Assembly: GCA_965226495.1 (NCBI GenBank)
Contig: OZ245365.1
Location: 4,000,001-4,064,000 of the forward strand
Direction: 5' to 3'
From: Candidatus Marinacidobacterales bacterium
GTDB taxonomy: Bacteria; Acidobacteriota; Vicinamibacteria; Marinacidobacterales; DATDRI01
Length of the DNA stretch: 64,000 nt
Each line of letters begins with the position of its first letter. Positions within the stretch are counted from its first letter, which is position 1. Position numbers and translations under genes: made by a program. The notes under the pieces were generated by a model that did not search any database, was not told where the DNA came from, and was given only the letters and a program-made list of their open reading frames with translations. Below, in pieces: positions 18,310-27,613 of the stretch.

Positions 18310-18964
18310 AGCCCGCACCGCGGACGGTGTGAATCAAGGGATAGTCGAATCCCCTATCGATCTTGCGCCGAAGACGGCTGACGTGAACGTCGATAACGTT
18401 GGTTTGTGGATCGAAGTGGTAGTCCCAGACTTTCTCTAGGAGCATGGTTCGCGTGACGACCTGGCCGGCATGGTGCATGAGGTGCTCGAGGAGCCGGAAC
18501 TCCCTCGGCTGCAGCTCGATGGTTTGACCGGCGCGCCGAACTTGTCGGGTCAAGAGATCCATCTCCAAGTCGGCCACCTGAAGCCGAGTCTCCACCGCCT
18601 CGGCGTCGCCGCGACGGACTAGGGCTTCGAGCCGTGCGAGGAGCTCGGAGAAGGCAAAGGGTTTGACGAGGTAGTCGTCGCTCCCCTTTCGAAGTCCCTC
18701 GACGCGATCGTCGATCTCACCCAGCGCGCTGAGGACAAGGATGGGGGTTTTCTTCCCCGACGAGCGCAGTGTCTGGATAACTGAGAGGCCGTCGAGGCCC
18801 GGTAGCATGCGATCCACAACCAAGACATCGAAGGATTGCTCGAGCGCTAGGAACAGGCCTTCTTTGCCATCGGGCGCACCCTCGGCGGTGTGGCCCGCCT
18901 CGTTCAGACCACGAACGATGTAGTCCCTCGTGTCTTGATCGTCTTCGATTATGAGCACGCGCAT
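18275..18964 (-). CDS. OmpR/CusR-type response regulator
   Basis: IIEDD, VDRMLPG, KPF, IHTVRGAGY. Confidence 0.95.
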   Translation of the reverse strand: MRVLIIEDDQDTRDYIVRGLNEAGHTAEGAPDGKEGLFLALEQSFDVLVVDRMLPGLDGLSVIQTLRSSGKKTPILVLSALGEIDDRVEGLRKGSDDYLVKPFAFSELLARLEALVRRGDAEAVETRLQVADLEMDLLTRQVRRAGQTIELQPREFRLLEHLMHHAGQVVTRTMLLEKVWDYHFDPQTNVIDVHVSRLRRKIDRGFDYPLIHTVRGAGYVLRASEEATS

Positions 18965-18984
18965 GCCTGATAAGTCCAAATCGG

Positions 18985-19019
18985 CCCCTCACCCTACCCT
19001 CTCCCCGAATGGGAGAGGG
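18985..19019. repeat. REP-like palindrome
   Basis: CCCCTCACCCTACCCTCTCCCCGAATGGGAGAGGG, followed by ATAAAGGAT as in the 9002 copy. Confidence 0.8.
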
Positions 19020-19060
19020 TATAAAGGATGAGGAGCTTTGCTTAAGCTTATCTCGCCTGC

Positions 19061-20581
19061 TCAAGCAAATGGAACAGGCACGAACTGTCGAGCGTTGCCT
19101 CGAGCGACCTGAAGAAGGACGCTTGCGCGGTCATTGTCAGACGCTTTCTTGATCTCCTCGACCACATCGGCCGGACCGGACACTTCCTTCTGTCCCACCA
19201 TGGTCACCACGTCACCCCTGCGCAGACCCACCTTGGCGGCGGGGCTTCCCGGCTTGACGTCGACGACGAGGGCACCCTCGATGCTCTCGTCCACACGATA
19301 GCGCTGACGCGTGGGGGGCGCCAGCTCGGCGAACGACAAACCCAGAGCTGCCTGCGCATCCGGCTGGGCTTCACCTCGAGCCACCACCGCCGCCTCCTCG
19401 GGACTGCGGCCCAAGTCGACAACCAAGTTCTCGCGATCGCCGGAGCGCCACAGCTCGATGGTGGATTTTTCCTCGGTACTCGCTGCCGCGACCCGACGCG
19501 TGAGGTCCTTGATGCTCTCGATGTCTTCGCCGTTGAAGCCGAGGATGACGTCACCGGCCCGGAGGCCCGCCTTCTCGGCCGGGCTACCGTCAACGACGCT
19601 GGCTACCAGCGCGCCCTTTGACTCATCGAGTCCCAGACCTTCGGCGATCTCTTCGGTCACCGCCTGGATCTGAACTCCGAGCCAAGCTCGCTCCACACGA
19701 CCCGACGTCTTGAGCTGCTCGATGATGGGGGTCGCCTGCTGGGCCGGAATCGCAAAGCCGATGCCGACGTTGCCGCCGTTCGGCGAGTAGATGGCGGTGT
19801 TGACACCGATCACACGGCCGGAAAGGTCGAAGAGCGGTCCGCCGGAGTTGCCTTGGTTGATGGGCGCGTCCACCTGAAGAAAATCATCGAAGGGACCGGA
19901 CTGGATGTCTCGGCCGCGTGCGGAAACGATCCCCGTGGTAGCGGTACCGCCCAATCCAAACGGATTGCCGATGGCGATGACCCAATCACCGATGCGAGTC
20001 GAATCGGAATCACCGAAACGCGCAAATGGAAGCGGCTCGTCGGCCTCGATCTTGAGCAGCGCCAGATCGGTCTTGGCATCGCTGCCCACCAGTTCCGCAT
20101 CGTAACGCTCCCCATCGTTCAAGATGACCTGAATCTTCTCCGCCCGTTCGATGACGTGATGGTTGGTCACCACGTGTCCGTCCTCACTAACGATGAAACC
20201 GGAACCCATCCCTCGGACGGGAGCCGCACCGGCCTGGGATTTCTGGAAGGACTGCCGCTCGAAGAACCGTCGCAAGAACTCCTCGAAGGGCATGTCGCGT
20301 GGTGAAGGGTGCCCCGGCGTGGGCTCGGAATAAGAGTGAGCCATGGTGCCAGTAATGGAGATGTTGACCACGGCCGGCTTCACGGCGTCGATGACGTCCG
20401 CGAAAGTAGCGGGTGCGCCCGACGGCGGTAGGATCTTTTGATCGACCGGAGGGCCAGCGCTTGCCTCCGGGAGCTGTCCCCATTGCCAGATTCCAATGGC
20501 GGCCGACAGAGCCAGCGCGCCGAGTGCCATTCTCAGGAATCGCCCGGATCTCCCGTCGACCCTGTTTCCCGTAACCGTCAT
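19061..20581 (-). CDS. degP: Do/DegP/DegQ serine endoprotease with two PDZ domains
   Basis: TNHHV, DLAL, INQGNSGGPL; two PDZ domains. Confidence 0.95.
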   Translation of the reverse strand: MTVTGNRVDGRSGRFLRMALGALALSAAIGIWQWGQLPEASAGPPVDQKILPPSGAPATFADVIDAVKPAVVNISITGTMAHSYSEPTPGHPSPRDMPFEEFLRRFFERQSFQKSQAGAAPVRGMGSGFIVSEDGHVVTNHHVIERAEKIQVILNDGERYDAELVGSDAKTDLALLKIEADEPLPFARFGDSDSTRIGDWVIAIGNPFGLGGTATTGIVSARGRDIQSGPFDDFLQVDAPINQGNSGGPLFDLSGRVIGVNTAIYSPNGGNVGIGFAIPAQQATPIIEQLKTSGRVERAWLGVQIQAVTEEIAEGLGLDESKGALVASVVDGSPAEKAGLRAGDVILGFNGEDIESIKDLTRRVAAASTEEKSTIELWRSGDRENLVVDLGRSPEEAAVVARGEAQPDAQAALGLSFAELAPPTRQRYRVDESIEGALVVDVKPGSPAAKVGLRRGDVVTMVGQKEVSGPADVVEEIKKASDNDRASVLLQVARGNARQFVPVPFA

Positions 20582-20790
20582 TCTGACCTCCTGAGTTTGT
20601 GTGATGGGTGCGCCCCGAGGGGCGCACCCGCGGCCGACTGCTTATTGCCCGTCCTCTTGTTGTATCGACCTGAGGCCAGTGTAGAGAAAGCCGCATTACG
20701 AGCCTCTTTCCGCAACATGAACTTTTTGTCATGTTCGGTGAGGCGAGGAGGTCAGGAGGTCAGGGGATCCCCGACTGGCGCGAGAATCCG

Positions 20791-21273
20791 TTACTTCTGC
20801 TGGGCGCGTCTCTTGGGAGGCGGATTTTCGAGCAGGTCGACGACTGCGGAATGGCCTTTTTGACGGGCGAAGCTCTCTGCGGTGTCGCCGTCTTTGTCCT
20901 TGAGGTCCGCATCGGCTCCGTAGACGAGAAGCAGGCGGACCACTTCCAACTGGCCCTCGGCCGCGGCGGTCATCAACGCCGTGAAGCCTTCCAGCTCCCC
21001 CTGGACATTGACCTCGGCTCCCTTCTTCAAGAGGAGCTCTACCGTCCCCGAAAAGGGACCACTGGATGCATACATGAGCGCGGTCCGACCATGTTGGTCC
21101 TTCGCGTCGAGCTTAGCGCCCTTCTCCAAGAGGTATGCGATCACTGGGGTGTGCCCATTGAAAGCGGCCCACATCAGGGGTGTGTGTTTCTCGGCGTCGG
21201 CCGCATCCACGGCCGTGCCTTCCGAGACCAGACGTCTGACCTCTCCGAGGTTACCGGCGTAGGCAAATTCCAT
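20791..21273 (-). CDS. Ankyrin-repeat protein (N-terminal signal region out of frame)
   Basis: TPLMWAA, TALMYAS, TALMTAA, GDTA repeats. Confidence 0.85.
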   Translation of the reverse strand: MEFAYAGNLGEVRRLVSEGTAVDAADAEKHTPLMWAAFNGHTPVIAYLLEKGAKLDAKDQHGRTALMYASSGPFSGTVELLLKKGAEVNVQGELEGFTALMTAAAEGQLEVVRLLLVYGADADLKDKDGDTAESFARQKGHSAVVDLLENPPPKRRAQQK

Positions 21274-21622
21274 GAGGGCTTGCTCCGCGTTCGTCAGGGG
21301 TGACGTTCGTCAGGGGTGGGGCCTGAGCTGCGATGGACGCGGCGACGATTGAGATTAGGGCTGCTAGCACCAAGACCTCATCGTGCCATGACCGTACCTA
21401 ATGCGCGTCGCATCTGCAAGCCGTCTCGAATCGCTCGCTCCCCACGGCGTGCAGACCTCCGCCTGATCTTGGGTTAGCCACGCACGGACCTGCGCCTCAC
21501 CTGCGAGGACTAGCTACCCATGATGTAGAAACCGTGGACCTTGCCTGTGGATTCGACCGAACTCATCTTGTACCGAGAAAGGTCCTCTCGGTACCACCGT
21601 GCTGGCTCCATTGTGAAGTCCC

Positions 21623-22048
21623 CTACTCAGAGAAAGGGTTTTCGATCGTCATCCCTTGAATGTGCTGCCCTGGAGAAAAGTCCTCGCTCATGAGGACCGC
21701 CGCTCCTGCTTGCAGCGCGGCATGAACAATCAATGAATCCCAGAAGGAATACTTATAGCGCTCGAGCAACTCGAAGGCTCCAAGGATGGAATTTCCGTCG
21801 TTGACGACAACTTCCCAGTTGAGAAGGTCAGCCACAACCTTCTGAGCAGTGGCCGTGTCCATCGGCTTTGGCAGCTTTCGCGTCACGGACACAAAAAATT
21901 CCTGTAGCACCTGGGTGCTGAGCACGCCACGGCGACCCGTCCACTGGTCAGCCACTATTCCGCGCGCCAAGTCGTGTTTGGTCCCAGCGGAGGTGTCGTG
22001 TGCGTAGACCAGGACATTGGTATCGAGGAAGACCTTACCTTCGGTCAT
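21623..22048 (-). CDS. vapC: PIN-domain toxin
   Basis: FLDTNVLVYA, STQVLQEF, SFWDSLI, SEDF. Confidence 0.9.
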   Translation of the reverse strand: MTEGKVFLDTNVLVYAHDTSAGTKHDLARGIVADQWTGRRGVLSTQVLQEFFVSVTRKLPKPMDTATAQKVVADLLNWEVVVNDGNSILGAFELLERYKYSFWDSLIVHAALQAGAAVLMSEDFSPGQHIQGMTIENPFSE

Positions 22049-22280
22049 GAAGCTCTTCCCGAGAAACGGCTAGCTCGCCGTTTGACCCCAGATCGAGGCC
22101 AAGCTCCAGAAGTTTGAGGTGGCGTCTTCTGGCCTTCTCGTAATCCGCGCTCTGGTTTATACGGCGTTCGAGGGCTTCCCGCATCAATTCGCTTAAGGAT
22201 TTGTCCTGCTGAGCTGCCACGACCTTGGCCTTTTTGAGCAAGGGTTTGGGCAGCGACAGCGTTACATTTTGACGTTCCAT
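22035..22280 (-). CDS. vapB: Ribbon-helix-helix antitoxin
   Basis: QNVTLSLP..KAKVVAA..SLSELM, C-terminal SREELHDR; overlaps toxin. Confidence 0.85.
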   Translation of the reverse strand: MERQNVTLSLPKPLLKKAKVVAAQQDKSLSELMREALERRINQSADYEKARRRHLKLLELGLDLGSNGELAVSREELHDRR

Positions 22281-22292
22281 GACCTCCCCTTG

Positions 22293-22343
22293 ATCACGTG
22301 TTTAGGTGCATCACATGTTTATGTGTATCACATATTTACGTGC
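22293..22343. promoter_or_regulatory. Three tandem 17-bp operator-like repeats upstream of vapB
   Basis: ATCACGTGTTTAGGTGC / ATCACATGTTTATGTGT / ATCACATATTTACGTGC. Confidence 0.65.
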
Positions 22344-22555
22344 TGGGCAAGCGCAGGAACGGGGAATCCGCTTCCGTCCGACACGGGACTGAGTCGGACT
22401 CGCGGCGCGCCGCTTATGCGGCGGGGAGGGAGCTACTGGGAATCAGAGAGCAACTTGCAGCCGAATCTGGAATATCCAGACCGGGTCCGCGCCCTCGAGA
22501 TCGGCGCGGATCACGTTGAAGTAGGTCCGTGTGTTATTCGTCCGGTGTGTGAAAC

Positions 22556-23176
22556 CTAGCGCTTGCGGATGCGAGTCAAACGAACCGGCTCGCTGCCGAA
22601 GTTCTCGATGACCAGCTGTTTCGTTTCGTTGTTGAGGTCGAGCCGCACGCCCATGGCGAGCTGTCCCTCGCCTTCACCCTTCGCATCCACATCCATGACG
22701 ATGAGGGTCAGGTCGTACTCGTTGAACCGAGGGCGGTGCATGGCCTCCGCAAAGCTGATCGGCCTGTCCAGCGCAAGGATGATCCGGCGTTTGCCTTCGC
22801 CCAAATCGACCTGACGCGAGTAGCGCAGACGCTCGCTCGGGAAAGTCGAACGGGATGCGGTGCCACGTCCGCGCGGACGAGCCCAACCGGTTTCTTCCTG
22901 CTTCTGCAAAGCCTTTACGAGTCCTTCTTGTCCATTCTCGACGAGTTGCGCGAAAAGGGCCTCTCGTTCTTCCTCGGTCGTCCACCGCGTGATGTTCATC
23001 TGGAGCGTCATGCTCGTACCGGGCGGAATGACCGGAGGGTTCGACGTCCCCATCGCGACCGCGAAGGCCTCATACGTTTCCTTGAACTCCTCCTCGCCAC
23101 CGGTGAAGGCAACATTGGACGATGTCAGCAGTAAGATAACAACAGCAGCGGTTCCAAGACCTAATCGTTTCAACAT
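22556..23176 (-). CDS. Secreted hypothetical protein
   Basis: Signal peptide; ITRWTT..ER, LDRPISFAE, GEGQLA segments; good RBS. Confidence 0.75.
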   Translation of the reverse strand: MLKRLGLGTAAVVILLLTSSNVAFTGGEEEFKETYEAFAVAMGTSNPPVIPPGTSMTLQMNITRWTTEEEREALFAQLVENGQEGLVKALQKQEETGWARPRGRGTASRSTFPSERLRYSRQVDLGEGKRRIILALDRPISFAEAMHRPRFNEYDLTLIVMDVDAKGEGEGQLAMGVRLDLNNETKQLVIENFGSEPVRLTRIRKR

Positions 23177-23196
23177 GGTTGTCTCCTTGTCTTACT

Positions 23197-23655
23197 CTAG
23201 TCCTTGGCCGACGACCAGTGCTTCACGGACGTCACTTCGATGCGAATGATCAGGCGACTGTCGATCGCCATAGAGCGGTACTGGACGTACTTGCCACGCA
23301 AGAGATCGACCGCCTTCGAGTGCTCGTTTGCGTAGCGACCGCCTGGCTCGATGGCCTCGGCCGACCCACGCACGAGAACGTAGCCTAGCTGCGACCAGTC
23401 CTCCGAATAGTCGTCTATCAAGAGCGAGACTCTAGGGTTAGCCTCGATGTTTCGGAGACGCTTGAGACGCCCCCACGAAACGGTCTTGGGTTTTTCATCG
23501 ATGGCGGAATAGAAGCGCTTGGCCTCGAAAACGTAACAAATGGGGATGACCGTCGGCTGACCATCGGCGTCGACGGTGGCGAGTCGAGCTACGCGATGGG
23601 AGTGGATGAATTTTCGCGTGCGTTCGTCGATCTGCAGTGCTGCCTCTGTGGTCAA
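23197..23655 (-). CDS. PPOX-class (TIGR03668-like) putative F420-dependent oxidoreductase
   Basis: VARLATVD..P.VIPICY, IDEKPK, RLRNIEANPRVSLLIDDYSEDWSQL. Confidence 0.85.
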   Translation of the reverse strand: MTTEAALQIDERTRKFIHSHRVARLATVDADGQPTVIPICYVFEAKRFYSAIDEKPKTVSWGRLKRLRNIEANPRVSLLIDDYSEDWSQLGYVLVRGSAEAIEPGGRYANEHSKAVDLLRGKYVQYRSMAIDSRLIIRIEVTSVKHWSSAKD

Positions 23656-23659
23656 AGGA

Positions 23660-23694
23660 CCCTCACCCTCCCCTCTCCCCAGAGGGGAGAGGGG
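23660..23694. repeat. REP-like palindrome
   Basis: CCCTCACCCTCCCCTCTCCCCAGAGGGGAGAGGGG. Confidence 0.8.
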
Positions 23695-23702
23695 AACATC
23701 GG

Positions 23703-25720
23703 TTAGAGTTTTCCCCTCGCTTCTTGCACACGGTCGCGGTCGAGATCGCCGTCTCCCCAGAATTCAACGAACCGACGGTAATATTTGCGCGCCTCTTCCA
23801 TCTCCCCGCGTTCTTCCTGAATCTTCCCGAGTAAGTAGAAGCTCCGGACATAGCGGATCGGCCAGCGAATATGCTCGGTCGTGCTTTCGGTGATCCGCCC
23901 GAGCCACTCTGCGGCCTTCTCTTCGTCTCCCGCCGCCAGATGCGCCGAAGCAAGACTGAACCAGATCGGAACATGTTGATCTAATCCCGAGGGCTCGGGG
24001 TAGCCTCGCAGGGCCAGCATCGACTGGGCTTCCTCTAGCTTTTCGATCGCGAGGCTCGTGTCGCCGCGGGCGAGGGCCATCTCGCCGGCTAGGTGCACAT
24101 GCCTCCTCTTCTCGTTGTGGCTCGGAATCATGTCTACCTTGATTCGAAGCTCCTCCGCCAGCCTTTCCGCTTCCTCCCAGCGCTCCAATTTGATATTTGC
24201 CCACGCGGATTGCCACAGCCCTCGCCAAGCCGCACGTCGGGCGCCACCCTCCCGCTCGGCTTTCCTTGCTAGTTCCAAAGCTTCTGCCGGACGCTCCGTC
24301 TGGGAGAGAACATTCGCGGTGACCCAGAGCGAACTCGCGCCGAGCGAACCCGACCCTTGAAAAATGTCAGACGCTGCCGCGAGGTTCTCGAGGGTTCGGC
24401 TCGAACGACCACGGAACAGTTGAGCGTTAGCCAGCTCCATGGCACCTAGCCACTTCCAGAACGGATCGGACCGATCCGCGATCCTCTGCGCCGCGGCCTC
24501 GGCTTCGTCGCGCCGAGCGAACCCGACCCTTGAAAAATGTCAGACGCTGCCGCGAGGTTCTCGAGGGTTCGGCTCGAACGACCACGGAACAGTTGAGCGT
24601 TAGCCAGCTCCATGGCACCTAGCCACTTCCAGAACGGATCGGACCGATCCGCGATCCTCTGCGCCGCGGCCTCGGCTTCGTCCCAATTCTCTTTGAGAAC
24701 GAACGCCTCCCAGCGACCCTCATCGACCCAAGCGTCTTCCGGATCGAGCGATTCCGCCATCTGAAAAGCCGAGAGCGCCTCGTCGAGACGTCCCCACCGG
24801 ACGAAGTGTTTTCCGAGGTCGGTGTGGCCGGCCGCGATCTCCGGGTTACGCTGGATGAACTCGTCTAACACCACATAACCCTTCTCGAACTCGCCCTTCG
24901 CGGAATAGCACTCGGCCAAATTGCTGTACGTGGCAGAAAATGGAAAGGCCCGCCGGACCAGGTCCTGGTAATGCGTGATGGCGTCATCGAATCGCTCGAG
25001 GTTCTGGTAAGAAAAAGCCAGATTGTGCCGGGCCGAACCGTGATCAGGATACAGCTCCACCCCCTTCTTGAAGGCGTCGATGGCCCGGCCGTACTCGCCA
25101 TAGTTCCTCCAGTGGTAGTGCCCTTCGATGTAGTAGCGCTCCCGGGCGGTGAGTCGATCGACATGCCGATAGGCTCTTTCCCGGTACTCATCGGCCTCTT
25201 TCAGGTGCCCGAGATTGGAATGAAGCGCCGCGAGCTTGCCAAGGGCCATCGCGAACTCGGGATCCAGCTCCACCGCCTTCTCGAAGAAGGGAATGGCTTC
25301 CTCTTGCTTCATCCGTTCGAACAGGTTGATGCCTTCCGCATACTGGCGATAGGCCTCGATGGAGGACGTGGTGACGTCTTTGAGGTCGCGATCCAGCGTC
25401 GCGTCGGCCGCCTCGGGGACCGCGAACCGATCCTTGATACGGCGGGTCAGGTCGTCGACCATGGGAAAGATGCTGGATTCACCGACCCCCTCGACTTTTT
25501 CCGTCGTCAGTACCTTGCCGCTCTCGACTTCCTGGAGTCTCACGCTAATGCGAATGTTCTCTCCCGCTTTGACGAAGCTTCCCAGAAGTACGCTGTCGAC
25601 ACCGCCCCGCTCCGCGACTTCGCGATCGAGCTTCACGTCGATCGCGCGGTAGACCACACCCATGCCCCCGCGGCTAAGTTCTTCCAAGATCTTGTAGTGG
25701 GAGAGTGTGCGGCCGATCAT
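23703..25720 (-). pseudogene. Ser/Thr kinase-TPR gene with kinase domain deleted and a frameshifting 173-bp duplication
   Basis: MIGRTLSHYKILEELSRGGMGVVYRAIDVKLDREVA joins directly to the TolB-N-like/TPR region; exact tandem repeat 24335-24507/24508-24680. Confidence 0.85.
24335..24680. repeat. Exact 173-bp tandem duplication
   Basis: TCGCGCCGAGCGAACC...CTCGGCTTCG repeated at 24335 and 24508. Confidence 0.95.
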
Positions 25721-25939
25721 GGCGTGGCCCTCACCCGGCGTCTGGCCGCGTTGAAAGCAGCACGGCACCTTTTGACGCCGAACTCTTCCCATAGGGAAAT
25801 GGAGTAACGGAAGAAGAGACCATTTGTCGGGGCATTCTATGGTGCCGAGTCGGCCTGTTCAAGGCGACGCCCGGGTTAGGACCGTGACCCAGTTGAGCGG
25901 GCGGGCGAACCGAACTATTCTTTCGATCGGAAAAGCGCC

Positions 25940-26794
25940 ATGGGCCAGACAACCGTCACCGTCGTCATCCCCACCTACAACCGGAAGGGCCTGCTTCCCC
26001 GGGCGCTGGCGTCGGTAGCCCGCCAAATCCGCCTACCCGAAGAAGTCATCGTTGTCGATGACGGCTCGACCGACGATACCGAGGGACTCATCCGGCGACA
26101 GTTCCCCGACGTCCGATATCTCCAGCAGGAGAACCGAGGCGTCTCGGCGGCACGGAACCGAGGAATCCGAGAGGCAAAGGGAGAGTGGGTGGCTTTCTTG
26201 GACTCGGATGACGAGTGGCTCCCGGAGAAGCTGGAGCGTCAACTCGATGCGCTTCGCGAGGACTCCGAATTCTTGCTCTGCCACACGAACGAGATCTGGA
26301 TACGTCGCGGTAAGCGAGTAAACCCGATGAAAAAGCACACCAAGTTTGGCGGGTTCATCTTTAAGAACTGTCTGCCGCTCTGTGTCATCTCTCCCTCGTC
26401 GGTCCTTGTCCATCGCAGCCTGTTCGAGCGGGTCGGTCTCTTCGATGAATCCTTGCCGACCTGCGAGGACTATGACCTCTGGCTTCGCATCACGTCGATA
26501 TTACCGGTTCTGTACCTGGAGGAGCCCCTCATCATGAAATACGGAGGACACGCCGATCAGCTCTCCCATCGCCATTGGGGCATGGATCGATTTCGCATCC
26601 GCGCCCTGGAGAAAGTGATCGATTCCGAGGCGCTATCCGGCGAGGATCGACGGGCTGCGGCAAAGATGTTGATCGAAAAGATTGACATTTATCTAGCGGG
26701 CGCACGCAAGCGCGGCAAAGAGAATGACACCGACGGCTACACAAGCAAACGAGACCATTATGCAAGCCTTCTGGACGTGAGCGTGGCCTCATGA
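25940..26794 (+). CDS. Glycosyltransferase family 2
   Basis: VIPTYNR, VDDGSTD, SAARNRG, FLDSDD, CEDYDLWLR. Confidence 0.95.
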   Translation: MGQTTVTVVIPTYNRKGLLPRALASVARQIRLPEEVIVVDDGSTDDTEGLIRRQFPDVRYLQQENRGVSAARNRGIREAKGEWVAFLDSDDEWLPEKLERQLDALREDSEFLLCHTNEIWIRRGKRVNPMKKHTKFGGFIFKNCLPLCVISPSSVLVHRSLFERVGLFDESLPTCEDYDLWLRITSILPVLYLEEPLIMKYGGHADQLSHRHWGMDRFRIRALEKVIDSEALSGEDRRAAAKMLIEKIDIYLAGARKRGKENDTDGYTSKRDHYASLLDVSVAS

Positions 26795-27606
26795 TTCGGC
26801 TCGTGATCGCTCTACCGTCAGAGGCGAAACCGCTCCTTTCTCACTACCAGCTCAAAGCCGTCGAAGACTCCCGCGGCTTCAAGATCTATCAGAAAAACGA
26901 TATGGCGCTCGTCGTCTCTGGTGTCGGCAAGTCCGCCGCAGCGGCGGCCACCGCCTACCTCCAGGCCATGACGGGCAACGAGCCCGATCGGGCGTGGATC
27001 AATATCGGCATGGGCGGACACCGAGAGCTCGCGTTGGGTGAAGGCATCTTGGCGGAACGAGTCATGGACCTAGCAAGCGGCCAGACCTGGTACCCCCCTC
27101 CGGTTTTGGATGTATCGTCGTCGCGAGCCTCGGTGCTGACGGTGGACAAAGTGGAAGAAGACTTCGAGGCCCATTGGGTCTTCGAAATGGAAGCAGCGGG
27201 ATTCTGTGAGTCGGCCAATCGCTTCGCCACTGCCGAGTTGGTGCAGTGCTTCAAGATCGTTTCCGACAATCGAAGCGTCCCGCCCCGCTGGATGTCGACA
27301 CGGCAGGTCGACGAGCTCATAGAGGCCCGCCTCCCCGAAATCGATGCCGTTGTGGAGGCCACTGCTGCCCTGGCACGCGAAATGGCCGCCCTGAGCGATG
27401 CGCCACCCGGGCTAGATGCGGTTCTCGAGCGGTGGCATTTCACGGTGTCGGAACGGCGCCGGCTTCTGAGGCTTCTAAGGCGCTGGCACATTCTCGCTCC
27501 GGAAACCCGTATCTTCGACCAAGAGCTCAAGCAGCGAAGGACGAGCAAGGAAGTCCTTGGCCACATCCAAGCTCGCATCGAAGCACTTCCAGTGAGCCTC
27601 ACCTAA
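26791..27606 (+). CDS. Nucleoside phosphorylase/MTA-SAH nucleosidase-like protein with C-terminal extension
   Basis: ALPSEA, SGVGKSAAA, INIGMGG, FEMEAAG, KIVSD. Confidence 0.8.
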   Translation: MIRLVIALPSEAKPLLSHYQLKAVEDSRGFKIYQKNDMALVVSGVGKSAAAAATAYLQAMTGNEPDRAWINIGMGGHRELALGEGILAERVMDLASGQTWYPPPVLDVSSSRASVLTVDKVEEDFEAHWVFEMEAAGFCESANRFATAELVQCFKIVSDNRSVPPRWMSTRQVDELIEARLPEIDAVVEATAALAREMAALSDAPPGLDAVLERWHFTVSERRRLLRLLRRWHILAPETRIFDQELKQRRTSKEVLGHIQARIEALPVSLT

Positions 27607-27613
27607 AGGAATC

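Noticed and set aside
22345-22555. Short minus-strand coding-like fragment (RTYFNVIRADLEGADPVWIFQIRLQ)
   Set aside because: No start or RBS and no recognisable family
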